A model generated the notes under the pieces. The model searched no databases, was not told where the DNA came from, and worked only from the letters and a program-made list of their open reading frames with translations. From Armatimonadota bacterium (GTDB taxonomy: Bacteria; Armatimonadota; UBA5829; DTLH01), in contig JBDKSP010000088.1 in the NCBI GenBank assembly GCA_039680575.1, positions 63 to 64,062 of the forward strand: a stretch of 64,000 nucleotides of DNA. The letters run 5' to 3'. The stretch's first letter is position 1. Each line of letters begins with the position of its first letter. The translations under genes were made by a program, and so were the position numbers. This document shows, in pieces, positions 9,357-18,886 of this stretch.

Positions 9357-11144
9357 ATGATAAATGGGAGGCCATTCGTGGCTGCGAAGTACCTGAAGTT
9401 CTTTAAGAAACGTACCGCATGGCTTTTAGTCATTTTTGGGGTCCTTTACCTCACGATAGCCGGGCGGCTTTTCTTTATACAGGTGCTTAACAACGAGCAT
9501 TACCGGAAATTTGCCGAGGATGTTCGGGTGAGACAGCCGAGAACACCCTCGGTTCGCGGCGACATCTGCGATCGGAATGGCAGCCAGCTCGCGACGAGCG
9601 TCCCTGCCTGTGCAGTTTATATCGATCCCAGGCAGATCAGGGACAGGCAGAAAGTCGTAGAGCAGCTTTCCCTGCTTATCGGGATGGATAAAGCCAGTGT
9701 GGATGCCATTATCGGAAAAGCGATCCTCAAAGGGAGGACATTCGCTTACATCGAGCGGCAGCTTCCCACTGAGATCGGCGATAAGGTCCGCGAGGCAGGT
9801 ATTCCTGCTGTCGGCGTATTGAGTGAGTCGAAAAGGGTCTATCCGTGCGGCAGTCTGGCTGCTCACATACTTGGATTTGCGTGTATTGACGGTATCGGAC
9901 GCGAGGGAATCGAGCGGGCTGAGGAGCGTTACCTTAAGGGACGGGACGGATTTACCGAAGCTGAGGTCGATTCAAAAGGCCGGATTATCCCGGAGACGAA
10001 GCGGCGGACAGTGCCGCCGGTCAACGGCTGCAAGATCAACCTGACTATCGATGCATATTTGCAGCATGTTACTGAAGAAGCTCTTGCGGCGAGTTTCAAA
10101 GAGCATCAGGCGGTTGGAGCCACGGCGATTGTGCTTGATCCCAAAACGGGAGAGATCCTTGCGCTGGCTAACTGTCCGTCTTACGATCCTAACAATCGTA
10201 AAGGCGTCAAGGCCGATGTATGGCGGAACAGGGCTATTACCGATCTATATGAGCCTGGGTCCACTTTGAAAATGGTGACTGTCGCTGCAGGCGTGGAAGA
10301 GGGGTTGTCCCCGACTGAGGTCATGGGGACCTGTACGCGCCAGGGTATGCAGATCGGCAGGAACAAGGTCAGATGTTCGCTTCACGCGCCCTATGGATCG
10401 GGTCATGGCGCGGTCAATATGTTTGCCATCATCAGGCACTCCTGCAATATCGGTGCTGCAGCGGTCGCACTCAGGATAGGACCTGATAAGTTTTATTCAT
10501 ATCTAGAGGGGTTTGGGCTGCAGTCCAGACCCGGAAGCGAAATGGCTGGAGAGACCTATTTCCCGCTGGGCTCGCCGGATGGATGGGCTGCCATAAAGCT
10601 CGCCAATATCGGCTTCGGGCAGGGTATCGCGGTAAGCCCGCTTCAGATGGCCTGTGCATATGGAGCAATCGCAAACGGCGGCAAGTTGATGCAGCCGAGG
10701 GTAATTCGTGAGATGCGGGATCAGGACGGAAAGATCATCCGGGCATTCGAGCCTAAGGTAGTCCGGCAGGTGGTCTCGGAGGCTACCGCAAGGAAAGTGA
10801 CCGAGATGCTGATGGACTGCGTGGACGACGGCACCGGGAAGACGTCCAAGATCGAAGGTTACAGCGTCGCGGGGAAAACCGGCAGCGCGCAGAAGGCTCG
10901 TGTCGATGGGCGCGGATACGCTCCAGGTAAATTCATTGCTTCCTTTATGGGGTTCGTTCCGGCGCGAAATCCCAGGCTGGTGATCTGTGTAGTAGTCGAT
11001 GAGCCGAAGGGAACGCATTGGGGAGCTACAGTCGCCGGCCCTGTCTTTAAAGAGATTGCCCAGAGGGGGATGCTCCACCTGGGGGTTCAGCCGGATGAAC
11101 CGCTTACATCCGAGATGAAGGTGGGTGGCAACCCCGGCGCGTAG
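9357..11144 (+). CDS. ftsI: peptidoglycan D,D-transpeptidase FtsI (PBP3)
   Basis: Transmembrane anchor, PBP dimerisation domain and transpeptidase motifs STLK, SCN, KTGS. Start uncertain: ATG 9357 or GTG 9378 (GGGAGG 8 nt upstream of the latter). Confidence 0.85.
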   Translation: MINGRPFVAAKYLKFFKKRTAWLLVIFGVLYLTIAGRLFFIQVLNNEHYRKFAEDVRVRQPRTPSVRGDICDRNGSQLATSVPACAVYIDPRQIRDRQKVVEQLSLLIGMDKASVDAIIGKAILKGRTFAYIERQLPTEIGDKVREAGIPAVGVLSESKRVYPCGSLAAHILGFACIDGIGREGIERAEERYLKGRDGFTEAEVDSKGRIIPETKRRTVPPVNGCKINLTIDAYLQHVTEEALAASFKEHQAVGATAIVLDPKTGEILALANCPSYDPNNRKGVKADVWRNRAITDLYEPGSTLKMVTVAAGVEEGLSPTEVMGTCTRQGMQIGRNKVRCSLHAPYGSGHGAVNMFAIIRHSCNIGAAAVALRIGPDKFYSYLEGFGLQSRPGSEMAGETYFPLGSPDGWAAIKLANIGFGQGIAVSPLQMACAYGAIANGGKLMQPRVIREMRDQDGKIIRAFEPKVVRQVVSEATARKVTEMLMDCVDDGTGKTSKIEGYSVAGKTGSAQKARVDGRGYAPGKFIASFMGFVPARNPRLVICVVVDEPKGTHWGATVAGPVFKEIAQRGMLHLGVQPDEPLTSEMKVGGNPGA

Positions 11145-11395
11145 GTTTTTTACCAAGCTTGGGGCTGAGAGGCTAGGAACGGAAACTTGGGCGAGTTCGG
11201 TCCCAGCCTTCAGCCCCGGGGATTTCAAGGGTTTTGCCCTTAATAATCTTGCGGCTGCAGTACTCCGGAAAATACTGCGGCTGAGCGAGTTGGGGGGCCG
11301 TGCATGAAGCTGGAATTGGGAATCTTGGGCGAGTCCTACTCTGTGCTGTGCGGCCCTTTTCTTTTTCGCTGGATTTATAAACGGAAAGTGAAATT

Positions 11396-12856
11396 ATGCG
11401 TCTTAATGAGCTTATCGAGCCGGTTGGAGCAAGCTCTCCAACTGGTGATGTAGATATTACCGGGATCACCTATGACTCGCGCAAGGTGGGTCCCGGTTCA
11501 CTGTTTGTAGCCTTCAAAGGTGGGACTTTTGACGGACACGCCTTTATAGGGGATGCAGTCGCAAAAGGCGCGGCCGCGATTATCTCCGAGAGGAAAGTAC
11601 AGGCGGATGTCCCCGTAGTGGTTGTCCCCGATCCACGCGCCGCTCTTCCGGCGCTTGCCGCAAAACTCTACGATTATCCTTCACGCAAGATGACGATGGT
11701 CGGCGTGACCGGCACAAACGGCAAAACGACCACGACGCACATGGTCCAGAGTATATTCCAGGCTGATGGTAAAAAGGCAGGACTTATCGGGACGCTTGGC
11801 GCGCGGATAGGCGATAAGTTTATCGAGACGGAGCACACTACGCCTGAATCGTCCGATCTCCAGCAGGTCCTTGCGAGGATGGTCAATGAGAAGGTCGATG
11901 CGCTTGCTATGGAGGTCTCATCCCATGCCCTGGTGCAGGGACGGAGCGCCTATTGTGAGTTCGACTGTGCGATATTCACAAATCTCACCCAGGACCACCT
12001 GGATTTCCACGGAACTCTTGAGGATTATCTTGCCGCCAAACTTATGCTTTTCTCTGAGTACCCCTCGCGCTCATCGAAGCACTTTGTTGCAGCTGTAAAC
12101 GTAGACGACTCAGCTGCCGAGAAGGTAATCAAGGCGGTAAAAGGTGATGTCATCACCTATGGGATAGATTCGGAAGCGGATGTAAGAGGCTCCGATATCG
12201 ATGTAAGCGCATCGGGCGTTTCGTTCGTTATAAACTCTGGCGGCCGGTTAACGCAGGTCTCACTGCCGGTCGGCGGCTATTTTAACGCTTATAACAGCCT
12301 CTCTGCCGCTGCTGCCGGGTTGGCGCTCGGAATAGACCTTGAAACGGTCGTAAAAGGGCTGGAAAATGTGCCTAAGGTTCCGGGACGGTTCGAGTCCGTG
12401 GACTGCGGACAGGATTTCGGGGTGATTGTCGACTACGCGCACACACCGGATGGCTTGGAGAACGTCCTGAAGACGGCCAGAAGCCTTGCCAAAAAGCAGT
12501 TGATAGCCGTTTTTGGCTGCGGAGGGAACCGGGACCGTGGAAAACGCCCGATTATGGGCCGGATCGGCTCCGAGCTCGCCGATGTTGTGATTATTACGTC
12601 AGACAACCCTCGGAAAGAGGACCCGGCGGAGATAATCAAGGACATTCTTGAAGGAGTGCCGCAAAATGTCAAACCAGAGGTATTGGTCGACCGCCGGGAC
12701 GCGATAGGTCATGCGATTATGATGGCTGAAAAGGACGATTTGGTCGTAATCGCAGGCAAAGGACACGAAGATTATCAGATTTTCGCCGACAGGACAATCC
12801 ACTTTGATGACAGAGAAGTGGCAAGAGAGATTATTAAGAAGAAACTGAACAAGTAA
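11396..12856 (+). CDS. murE: UDP-MurNAc-tripeptide synthetase MurE (meso-DAP-adding)
   Basis: Mur ligase domains. The DNPR motif (ITSDNPRKEDP) indicates meso-DAP specificity. Confidence 0.9.
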   Translation: MRLNELIEPVGASSPTGDVDITGITYDSRKVGPGSLFVAFKGGTFDGHAFIGDAVAKGAAAIISERKVQADVPVVVVPDPRAALPALAAKLYDYPSRKMTMVGVTGTNGKTTTTHMVQSIFQADGKKAGLIGTLGARIGDKFIETEHTTPESSDLQQVLARMVNEKVDALAMEVSSHALVQGRSAYCEFDCAIFTNLTQDHLDFHGTLEDYLAAKLMLFSEYPSRSSKHFVAAVNVDDSAAEKVIKAVKGDVITYGIDSEADVRGSDIDVSASGVSFVINSGGRLTQVSLPVGGYFNAYNSLSAAAAGLALGIDLETVVKGLENVPKVPGRFESVDCGQDFGVIVDYAHTPDGLENVLKTARSLAKKQLIAVFGCGGNRDRGKRPIMGRIGSELADVVIITSDNPRKEDPAEIIKDILEGVPQNVKPEVLVDRRDAIGHAIMMAEKDDLVVIAGKGHEDYQIFADRTIHFDDREVAREIIKKKLNK

Positions 12857-12859
12857 AAG

Positions 12860-14215
12860 ATGATTTACACAATACGCGAGGCGATAGCCGCTCTGGGCGG
12901 CGAACTGGTCAAAGGGAAAACCGATACCGAAGTAACCGGCATATCGACGGATACACGCACAATCCAGTCCGGTGACCTGTTCTTCGCACTCATCAGTGAA
13001 AACTCCGACGGGCACAGGTTCGCCGCTGCCGCTATTGAGAAAGGCGCATCCGGTGTTATCGTTTCCCAGGACGTTGACGTAGAAGGGACGGTTATCCGCG
13101 TTCCTGATACGCTGGTAGCTCTCGGTGACCTCGCAGCTTGGTACAGGCGTCAGTTCAATGTCCGCGTCGTGGGGATTACGGGGAGCGTAGGGAAGACCTC
13201 TACTAAAGAAATGGTAGCTGCTGTCCTCGGACGCAGTTTCAATGTGCTGAAAAACGCCGGCAATTTCAATAACGAGATCGGCGCTCCTCTGACGATATTC
13301 CAGCTTCAGCCTGAACACGATATTCTGGTTCAGGAAATGGCTATGCGGCTCCCAGGCGAGATCACGGAGCTTGCCGAGATCGTTCGTCCCGATATAGGGG
13401 TCATCACCAATATCGGGATTTCGCATATAGAGCGGCTGGGCAGCCGTGATGCGATTGCTGCGGCCAAGTCGGAGCTTCTGGAAGCCCTTCCGATGGAGGG
13501 AATCGCCGTTCTCAATGCGGACGATCCATATTTCGAGTTTTTATCCAGTAAAGTGCCGTGCAATGTGACTTCTTATGGAGTCAAAGCGGGAGATGTCCGT
13601 GCGGAAAATGTCGAGCTGGATGCGGACGGAAGGCCGAGATTCACCGTAGTAGTAGGTGAGGCACGTTTTGACGTTACGCTTCCTGTCATAGGCGAGCATA
13701 ACGTCTCGAACGCGCTTGCCGCCGTGGCTGTGGGCTTATGTTTCGGCATTTCCAAGGAAGAAATTGCCGCCGGGCTGGAGTCTCTATCATCTACGGAGAA
13801 GCGGGCAAATGTCATCGAGTGCGCTGGCGGCTACAGGGTTATAGATGACTCCTACAACGCAAGCCCCGCGTCCATGACAGGTGCGCTGAAGACACTTGCC
13901 GTTATGGACGGGGCGCGAAAAATAGCCGTGCTCGGCGATATGAAGGAACTTGGCGGCCATGCCGAAGCAGCTCATACCGAGGTAGGGAAGGTCGCTGCCG
14001 GGTCGGGGCTCAGTATGATAGTTGCCGTCGGAGAGTTGGCAAAGAACATCTCATCCGGTGCGCGAAGCGCCGGTTTTACCGGAGATATTCTGGAATACGG
14101 CACGAGTGACGAAGCCGCTGCCGATCTTAAGAGTGTTATCAAGGCCGGTGATGTTGTGCTCGTAAAAGCCTCTCGCTCTATGGCGGCGGAAAAGATAGTG
14201 GAGGCGCTCAAATAA
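12860..14215 (+). CDS. murF: UDP-MurNAc-pentapeptide synthetase MurF
   Basis: Mur ligase with P-loop GITGSVGKTSTKEM; position after murE. Confidence 0.9.
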   Translation: MIYTIREAIAALGGELVKGKTDTEVTGISTDTRTIQSGDLFFALISENSDGHRFAAAAIEKGASGVIVSQDVDVEGTVIRVPDTLVALGDLAAWYRRQFNVRVVGITGSVGKTSTKEMVAAVLGRSFNVLKNAGNFNNEIGAPLTIFQLQPEHDILVQEMAMRLPGEITELAEIVRPDIGVITNIGISHIERLGSRDAIAAAKSELLEALPMEGIAVLNADDPYFEFLSSKVPCNVTSYGVKAGDVRAENVELDADGRPRFTVVVGEARFDVTLPVIGEHNVSNALAAVAVGLCFGISKEEIAAGLESLSSTEKRANVIECAGGYRVIDDSYNASPASMTGALKTLAVMDGARKIAVLGDMKELGGHAEAAHTEVGKVAAGSGLSMIVAVGELAKNISSGARSAGFTGDILEYGTSDEAAADLKSVIKAGDVVLVKASRSMAAEKIVEALK

Positions 14216-14217
14216 TT

Positions 14218-15255
14218 ATGGACCAATCAACCGGATATTCCACTTTTCTTATTTCTTTCATTGGCACAATGCTCATCATGCCGATTACAATTAAGACACT
14301 TCGAGCTATGAAAGCCGGACAGGTAATACAGCAGGAAGGCCCGAAAGCTCACGCCGCGAAAGCCGGGACTCCCACAATGGGCGGCATAGGTATTCTCTTT
14401 GGACTGCTCCTTGGCACAGGGTGGTTTGTCTTCAAAGAGGTGGCATCTACCGCCGTTCAGCCGCAGTCGCCCAGTATGACGATTGTGTTTGCGGTGCTCA
14501 TACTTACGCTCGCTTATGCTGTGCTCGGAGCCGCGGATGATTATCTGACTATCCGCCCGCGCGGTGGAAAGCGTGGTATCGGCAGTAAACCGAAGTTCGC
14601 GCTGCAGTTTCTGATCGCCATCGCCTTTGTTGCCTGGCTCAACTGCAGCGGAAACCTGAATACTGTCATCAAACTCGGCTCGCTCTTCAGCTTCGACCTC
14701 GGTTGGGCATATGCGCCTCTCGCCGTGCTTTTTATCACCGGGATGGCGAACTTCGTCAACATTACGGATGGGCTGGACGGCCTCGCTGCAGGGCTCGCAA
14801 TTCCACTTGTTCTCACTCTTGCGTTTTTGGTCGAGTTTGTCGGAGACAGTTGGAACACTCTTGTGTTTTCATACATGCTTTTTGCCCTTGCAGGAGCTTG
14901 TTTGGCGTTTCTCTGGTATAACTACAACCCTGCGAAGGTGTTTATGGGCGATACGGGCTCGCTTGCAATCGGCGTGATGATCCCAGCGCTTGCTATTGTG
15001 ATGAAACTCGAAGTTTTGATGGTCGTCGCGGGGATGGTCTTCATACTCGACGGGCTTTCATCGGCCTTGCAGTGGGCGTATTTCAAGTATACGAGGATAC
15101 GGACCGGCACTGGAAAGCGAATATTCAAGATGAGCCCGGTCCACCACCATTTCGAGCTATCCGGTCTGCCGGAGCAGCTTGTTGTAGTCAGATTTTGGAT
15201 TGCAGGCGCGCTATTCGCTCTTCTCGCGCTTTTGATTGCGGGGTTACAGCTGTAA
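14218..15255 (+). CDS. mraY: phospho-N-acetylmuramoyl-pentapeptide transferase MraY
   Basis: Polytopic membrane protein with MraY motifs (NxxNxTDGxDGL, MGDTGS, HHHFE). Confidence 0.9.
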   Translation: MDQSTGYSTFLISFIGTMLIMPITIKTLRAMKAGQVIQQEGPKAHAAKAGTPTMGGIGILFGLLLGTGWFVFKEVASTAVQPQSPSMTIVFAVLILTLAYAVLGAADDYLTIRPRGGKRGIGSKPKFALQFLIAIAFVAWLNCSGNLNTVIKLGSLFSFDLGWAYAPLAVLFITGMANFVNITDGLDGLAAGLAIPLVLTLAFLVEFVGDSWNTLVFSYMLFALAGACLAFLWYNYNPAKVFMGDTGSLAIGVMIPALAIVMKLEVLMVVAGMVFILDGLSSALQWAYFKYTRIRTGTGKRIFKMSPVHHHFELSGLPEQLVVVRFWIAGALFALLALLIAGLQL

Positions 15256-16673
15256 TGACAGGAAAAGAGTTTGCAGGAAGAACAGTTGCCGTCATCGGGA
15301 TGGCAAGGACAGGGATGGCTGCGGCAGAGGTTCTGACGGACCTCGGCGCGCGCGTCATTTTGTTCGATCAGCAGCCTGCAAACAAGTTGGAAAGCGCTAT
15401 AAACGAAGCAAGGAAGCTCGGTGTAGAAGTGAGAGTAGAGTATCCCGGCGTCGATTTCGATGGGGTCGATCTTCTTATCCCAAGCCCCGGCGTCAGGGCG
15501 ACTTCCCCTATCTTTACAGAAGCGAAGGCTCGCGGCGTCGAGATCATGTCAGAGATCGAGCTGGCATACCGCATCTCGAAAGCCCCTATGATAGCGATCA
15601 CCGGAACGAACGGCAAGACGACCACTACTGTCCTTACCGGGAAGATCATGAAGGCCGACGGCAGAGAGACTTACATCGGCGGCAACGTCGCGGCAGGCGA
15701 TCTCAAGCTGCCGCTGGTGAAAGCTGCACATAAGGCATCTCCTGACGCGGTCATCGTGGCAGAGATCAGCACATTCCAGCTCGAATGGATATCAAGTTTC
15801 AAGCCCAAAGTTGCGATGCTCCTCAACATCACCGTCGATCACCCCGACCGGCATACTCCAGAAGAGTATGCTTTCCTCAAAGAGAGCATATACAGGTATC
15901 AGGATTTTCAAGATTATTCCGTTTCCAATCTGGACAATGCTCCTTCAGCCGCCGCAGGTTCCCGCGCTCATGGCCGGAAGCTCATTTTCAGCAGACTGAA
16001 GCCGGTTGAGCAGGGCGCGTTCGTAGAAAATGGGCTGATAAAGGTCAGGATCGGCGGCAAAGAAACAGTTGCATGCTCTATTGCGGACATCGAGTCGTCC
16101 GGTAGTCTTCCGGGGACTCACAACGTTGAAAATGTTCTCGCTGCGTCGTGCGCAGCGATTGCCATGGGAGCGAACCCTGAGAGTATAGTAACCGCAGTGA
16201 GGAATTTTGCAGGCGTCGAGCACAGAATGGAGAAGGTGCTGACGGCAGGCGGCGTCGAATACATCAATAATTCGATGTGCACTAATGCCGAGGCGTTTGC
16301 AAGATCGGTCGAGTCCGTCGGGAGACCTGCTGTAGTCATAGCAGGCGGAAAGCACAAGGGCGGAAGCCTGGAACAGGTGGCTCAGGCGGTCAGGAAATAC
16401 GCGAAGCACCTGGTTTTGATCGGCGTGAGTGCGGATGAGATCGAAGAAGCCGTCCGTGAGGCAGGATATACGGATATCACCCATGCAGGCTCGATGGACG
16501 ATGCCGTAGCAAAGGCAGTCGCGCTTGCCGGACCGGGAGATACCGTAATTCTCGCTCCAGGATGCGCGAGCTTCGATATGTTCGACAGTTTCGAGGAAAG
16601 AGGCGTTATTTTTAAGAGCGCGGTAAAGCAGCAAGTAGCTTTGAGGTGGGGAGAAGATGAAAAAAGCTGCTAG
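15255..16673 (+). CDS. murD: UDP-MurNAc-L-Ala--D-Glu ligase MurD
   Basis: Rossmann N-domain (VIGMARTGMAAA) and P-loop GTNGKTTTT. The ATG at 15255 overlaps the mraY stop. Confidence 0.9.
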   Translation: MTGKEFAGRTVAVIGMARTGMAAAEVLTDLGARVILFDQQPANKLESAINEARKLGVEVRVEYPGVDFDGVDLLIPSPGVRATSPIFTEAKARGVEIMSEIELAYRISKAPMIAITGTNGKTTTTVLTGKIMKADGRETYIGGNVAAGDLKLPLVKAAHKASPDAVIVAEISTFQLEWISSFKPKVAMLLNITVDHPDRHTPEEYAFLKESIYRYQDFQDYSVSNLDNAPSAAAGSRAHGRKLIFSRLKPVEQGAFVENGLIKVRIGGKETVACSIADIESSGSLPGTHNVENVLAASCAAIAMGANPESIVTAVRNFAGVEHRMEKVLTAGGVEYINNSMCTNAEAFARSVESVGRPAVVIAGGKHKGGSLEQVAQAVRKYAKHLVLIGVSADEIEEAVREAGYTDITHAGSMDDAVAKAVALAGPGDTVILAPGCASFDMFDSFEERGVIFKSAVKQQVALRWGEDEKSC

Positions 16674-17895
16674 AAGACAGCCTGCGGATGTCTGGTTCTT
16701 TGCGGCAACTGTGCTGTTGGTAGTTGTCGGCATACTGCTGGTGTTCGATTCCAGCTTTGCAAGAGCCGGTGACAAGGGACTGTCGAACTCCTGGTACTTC
16801 GTAAACCGGCAGATTATGTTCGCCGCTATCGGGTTTGCGGGACTGTTTCTGGGGATGAAAATCCATCCTGAGAAGCTGAGAGCCGTGACAAAGGTCTTCA
16901 TGCTTTTTTCCATCATACTTCTGGGGGTCGTTATGTTCCCTGGAGTGGGAAAGTCGATTGGGGGGGCTGCGAGGTGGATTCCAATTGGACCATTTCACCT
17001 TCAGCCGTCTGAGGTTGCCAAACTTGCAATCATCTTTTATATGGCGGACCGACTCTCCGCGAAAGGTCCCAGGATCAGGCAGATCGGTGTGCTCCTTTCG
17101 CATCTCGCAGTTGTCGGCCTGGTAGTGGCATTTGTCATTGTCGAGCCGGATATGGGGACGGCGTCATCCATTGTCTTTATCACGGCTGCTATGCTCTACG
17201 TTGCAGGCGTGAGGAAACGTCATATGATCGGGCTGGCGGCGACTGGTGTAGCCATGGGCGGACTGCTGATAACCATCGAGCCGTATAGAATGCAAAGGGT
17301 CTTGACATTCCTCGATCCGAGCAAGGACTACTACGGAAGCGGCTACCAGATCACACATGCCTTGATGGCTCTTGCTACGGGCGGCATGACAGGCGCAGGA
17401 CTCTGTGAAGGACGTGAAAAATTTTTCATTCCTGCGCCGCAGACCGATATGATTGCAGCGACCCTTGCAGAAGAGGCAGGCCTTTTCGGGATGCTTCTCC
17501 TTCTGGGGCTGTTTATACTGTTTACATATCGAGGCCTCTGCATCGGACACAAGACAAAGAGCCCATATATGGGGTTTCTTGCGATAGGTATAACCTCGAT
17601 GATCAGCCTTCAGGCTATCATGAATATTGCAGTATTCTCTGCGTCAATGCCTGCCACAGGGGTGCCGCTGCCGTTCATCAGCTACGGCGGATCACATCTT
17701 CTGGTCATGTTGTTCGGCGCGGGGATAGTTCTCTCCGTGTCCCGGCATTCGGAAGAACAGATAGAAGAACCGGAATTGGAAGCTTATGAAAATCGTTGTA
17801 ACAGGCGGAGGGACAGGCGGGCATATTTATCCTGCACTGAGTATCGCTCATCAGCTAGAGGAAGAAGGCGTCGAAGAACTCCTGTTCGTCGGTAG
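16657..17895 (+). CDS. ftsW: peptidoglycan glycosyltransferase FtsW (SEDS family)
   Basis: SEDS polytopic membrane protein in the dcw position. Its Arg-rich C-terminal tail overlaps murG by 110 nt in another frame. Confidence 0.8.
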   Translation: MKKAARRQPADVWFFAATVLLVVVGILLVFDSSFARAGDKGLSNSWYFVNRQIMFAAIGFAGLFLGMKIHPEKLRAVTKVFMLFSIILLGVVMFPGVGKSIGGAARWIPIGPFHLQPSEVAKLAIIFYMADRLSAKGPRIRQIGVLLSHLAVVGLVVAFVIVEPDMGTASSIVFITAAMLYVAGVRKRHMIGLAATGVAMGGLLITIEPYRMQRVLTFLDPSKDYYGSGYQITHALMALATGGMTGAGLCEGREKFFIPAPQTDMIAATLAEEAGLFGMLLLLGLFILFTYRGLCIGHKTKSPYMGFLAIGITSMISLQAIMNIAVFSASMPATGVPLPFISYGGSHLLVMLFGAGIVLSVSRHSEEQIEEPELEAYENRCNRRRDRRAYLSCTEYRSSARGRRRRRTPVRR

Positions 17896-18868
17896 CCAGC
17901 ATGGGCCGGAGAGGCAGTTGGCCGAACAGGCTGGCTTGCGCTTCATGGCTGTCCCAAGCGGGCCGATAGCAGGAATGTCCTTGAGGACTGTGCGTTCTAT
18001 GGGGCGGCTTGGCCTCGGGATCGTGAAGGCCTGTTCAATCCTGCGAAAGTTCAAACCGGATGTCCTTGTTGGGACCGGCGGCTATACCAGCGCCGGCGTG
18101 GCGCTTGCGGACTGGCTCCTCGGCGGAAAGATCGTCATCCACGAACAAAACTCCATCCCAGGCAAGACAAACCGAATGCTTGCGCGGCTTGCGAAAAAGG
18201 TCTGCGTGACATTCGAAGAGTCAGTCCAGTATTTTCCAAGGGAAAAGACTGTAGTAACCGGGCTTCCGGTCAGACCGGAGATCATATCCGGTAAAGATAA
18301 GCACGCAGCTCGTGAATCGTTCGGTCTGGACCCGGAGAAGGTTACCGTGCTGGTTTTTGGTGGAAGCCAGGGAGCGCGGCGCGTGAACGAGATGGTCCTC
18401 GAAGCTGTGCCGGCGCTGATCGCAGCCGGAATGCAGGTGTTGCACCAGACAGGGAAAAAGAACTACGAGGATGTTTCCTCAAAACAGCCGGATCTGCCTG
18501 GATATGTTATCCTTCCCTACATAGACGATATGGCGGGTGCGTATTCGGCGGCTGATCTGGTAGTCTCAAGAAGCGGGGCTTCGAGTATCGCTGAGATAAC
18601 GGCATGTGGCGTGCCATCCGTCCTGATTCCGTTTCCTTATGCGCATGCGGACCACCAGGCAAAGAATGCCGAAGCTGTCGCGCGAGCAGGTGCTGCTATT
18701 GCAGTTGTTGAAAAGGAACTGACAGGATCGGCACTTACGGGTATAATTATAGAGTTGGCTGCTGACAAGGAGAAACTCGGCAGGATGGCTGAAGCAAGCA
18801 GAAAACTTGGCCGCCCGAACGCGGCGCTTGATATTGCAAAAATAATCCGCGATTTAGCGGCAAATTAG
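17786..18868 (+). CDS. murG: UDP-GlcNAc:lipid I GlcNAc transferase MurG
   Basis: Starts MKIVVTGGGTGGHIYPALSIA; GT28 fold. Confidence 0.9.
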   Translation: MKIVVTGGGTGGHIYPALSIAHQLEEEGVEELLFVGSQHGPERQLAEQAGLRFMAVPSGPIAGMSLRTVRSMGRLGLGIVKACSILRKFKPDVLVGTGGYTSAGVALADWLLGGKIVIHEQNSIPGKTNRMLARLAKKVCVTFEESVQYFPREKTVVTGLPVRPEIISGKDKHAARESFGLDPEKVTVLVFGGSQGARRVNEMVLEAVPALIAAGMQVLHQTGKKNYEDVSSKQPDLPGYVILPYIDDMAGAYSAADLVVSRSGASSIAEITACGVPSVLIPFPYAHADHQAKNAEAVARAGAAIAVVEKELTGSALTGIIIELAADKEKLGRMAEASRKLGRPNAALDIAKIIRDLAAN

Positions 18869-18886
18869 TGGGAATTTAATACTTCA

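Noticed and set aside
10503-11228. 241-aa minus-strand ORF
   Set aside because: Antisense to the ftsI transpeptidase domain.
12599-13426. 275-aa minus-strand ORF spanning the murE/murF junction
   Set aside because: Antisense to two strongly supported Mur ligase genes.
15236-15733. 165-aa Arg-rich + strand ORF
   Set aside because: Alternative frame inside murD; composition (R/D/G runs) is typical of an out-of-frame translation of GC-rich coding sequence.
15945-16916. 323-aa minus-strand ORF
   Set aside because: Antisense to murD/ftsW, which have strong family signatures; no Shine-Dalgarno; shadow ORF.
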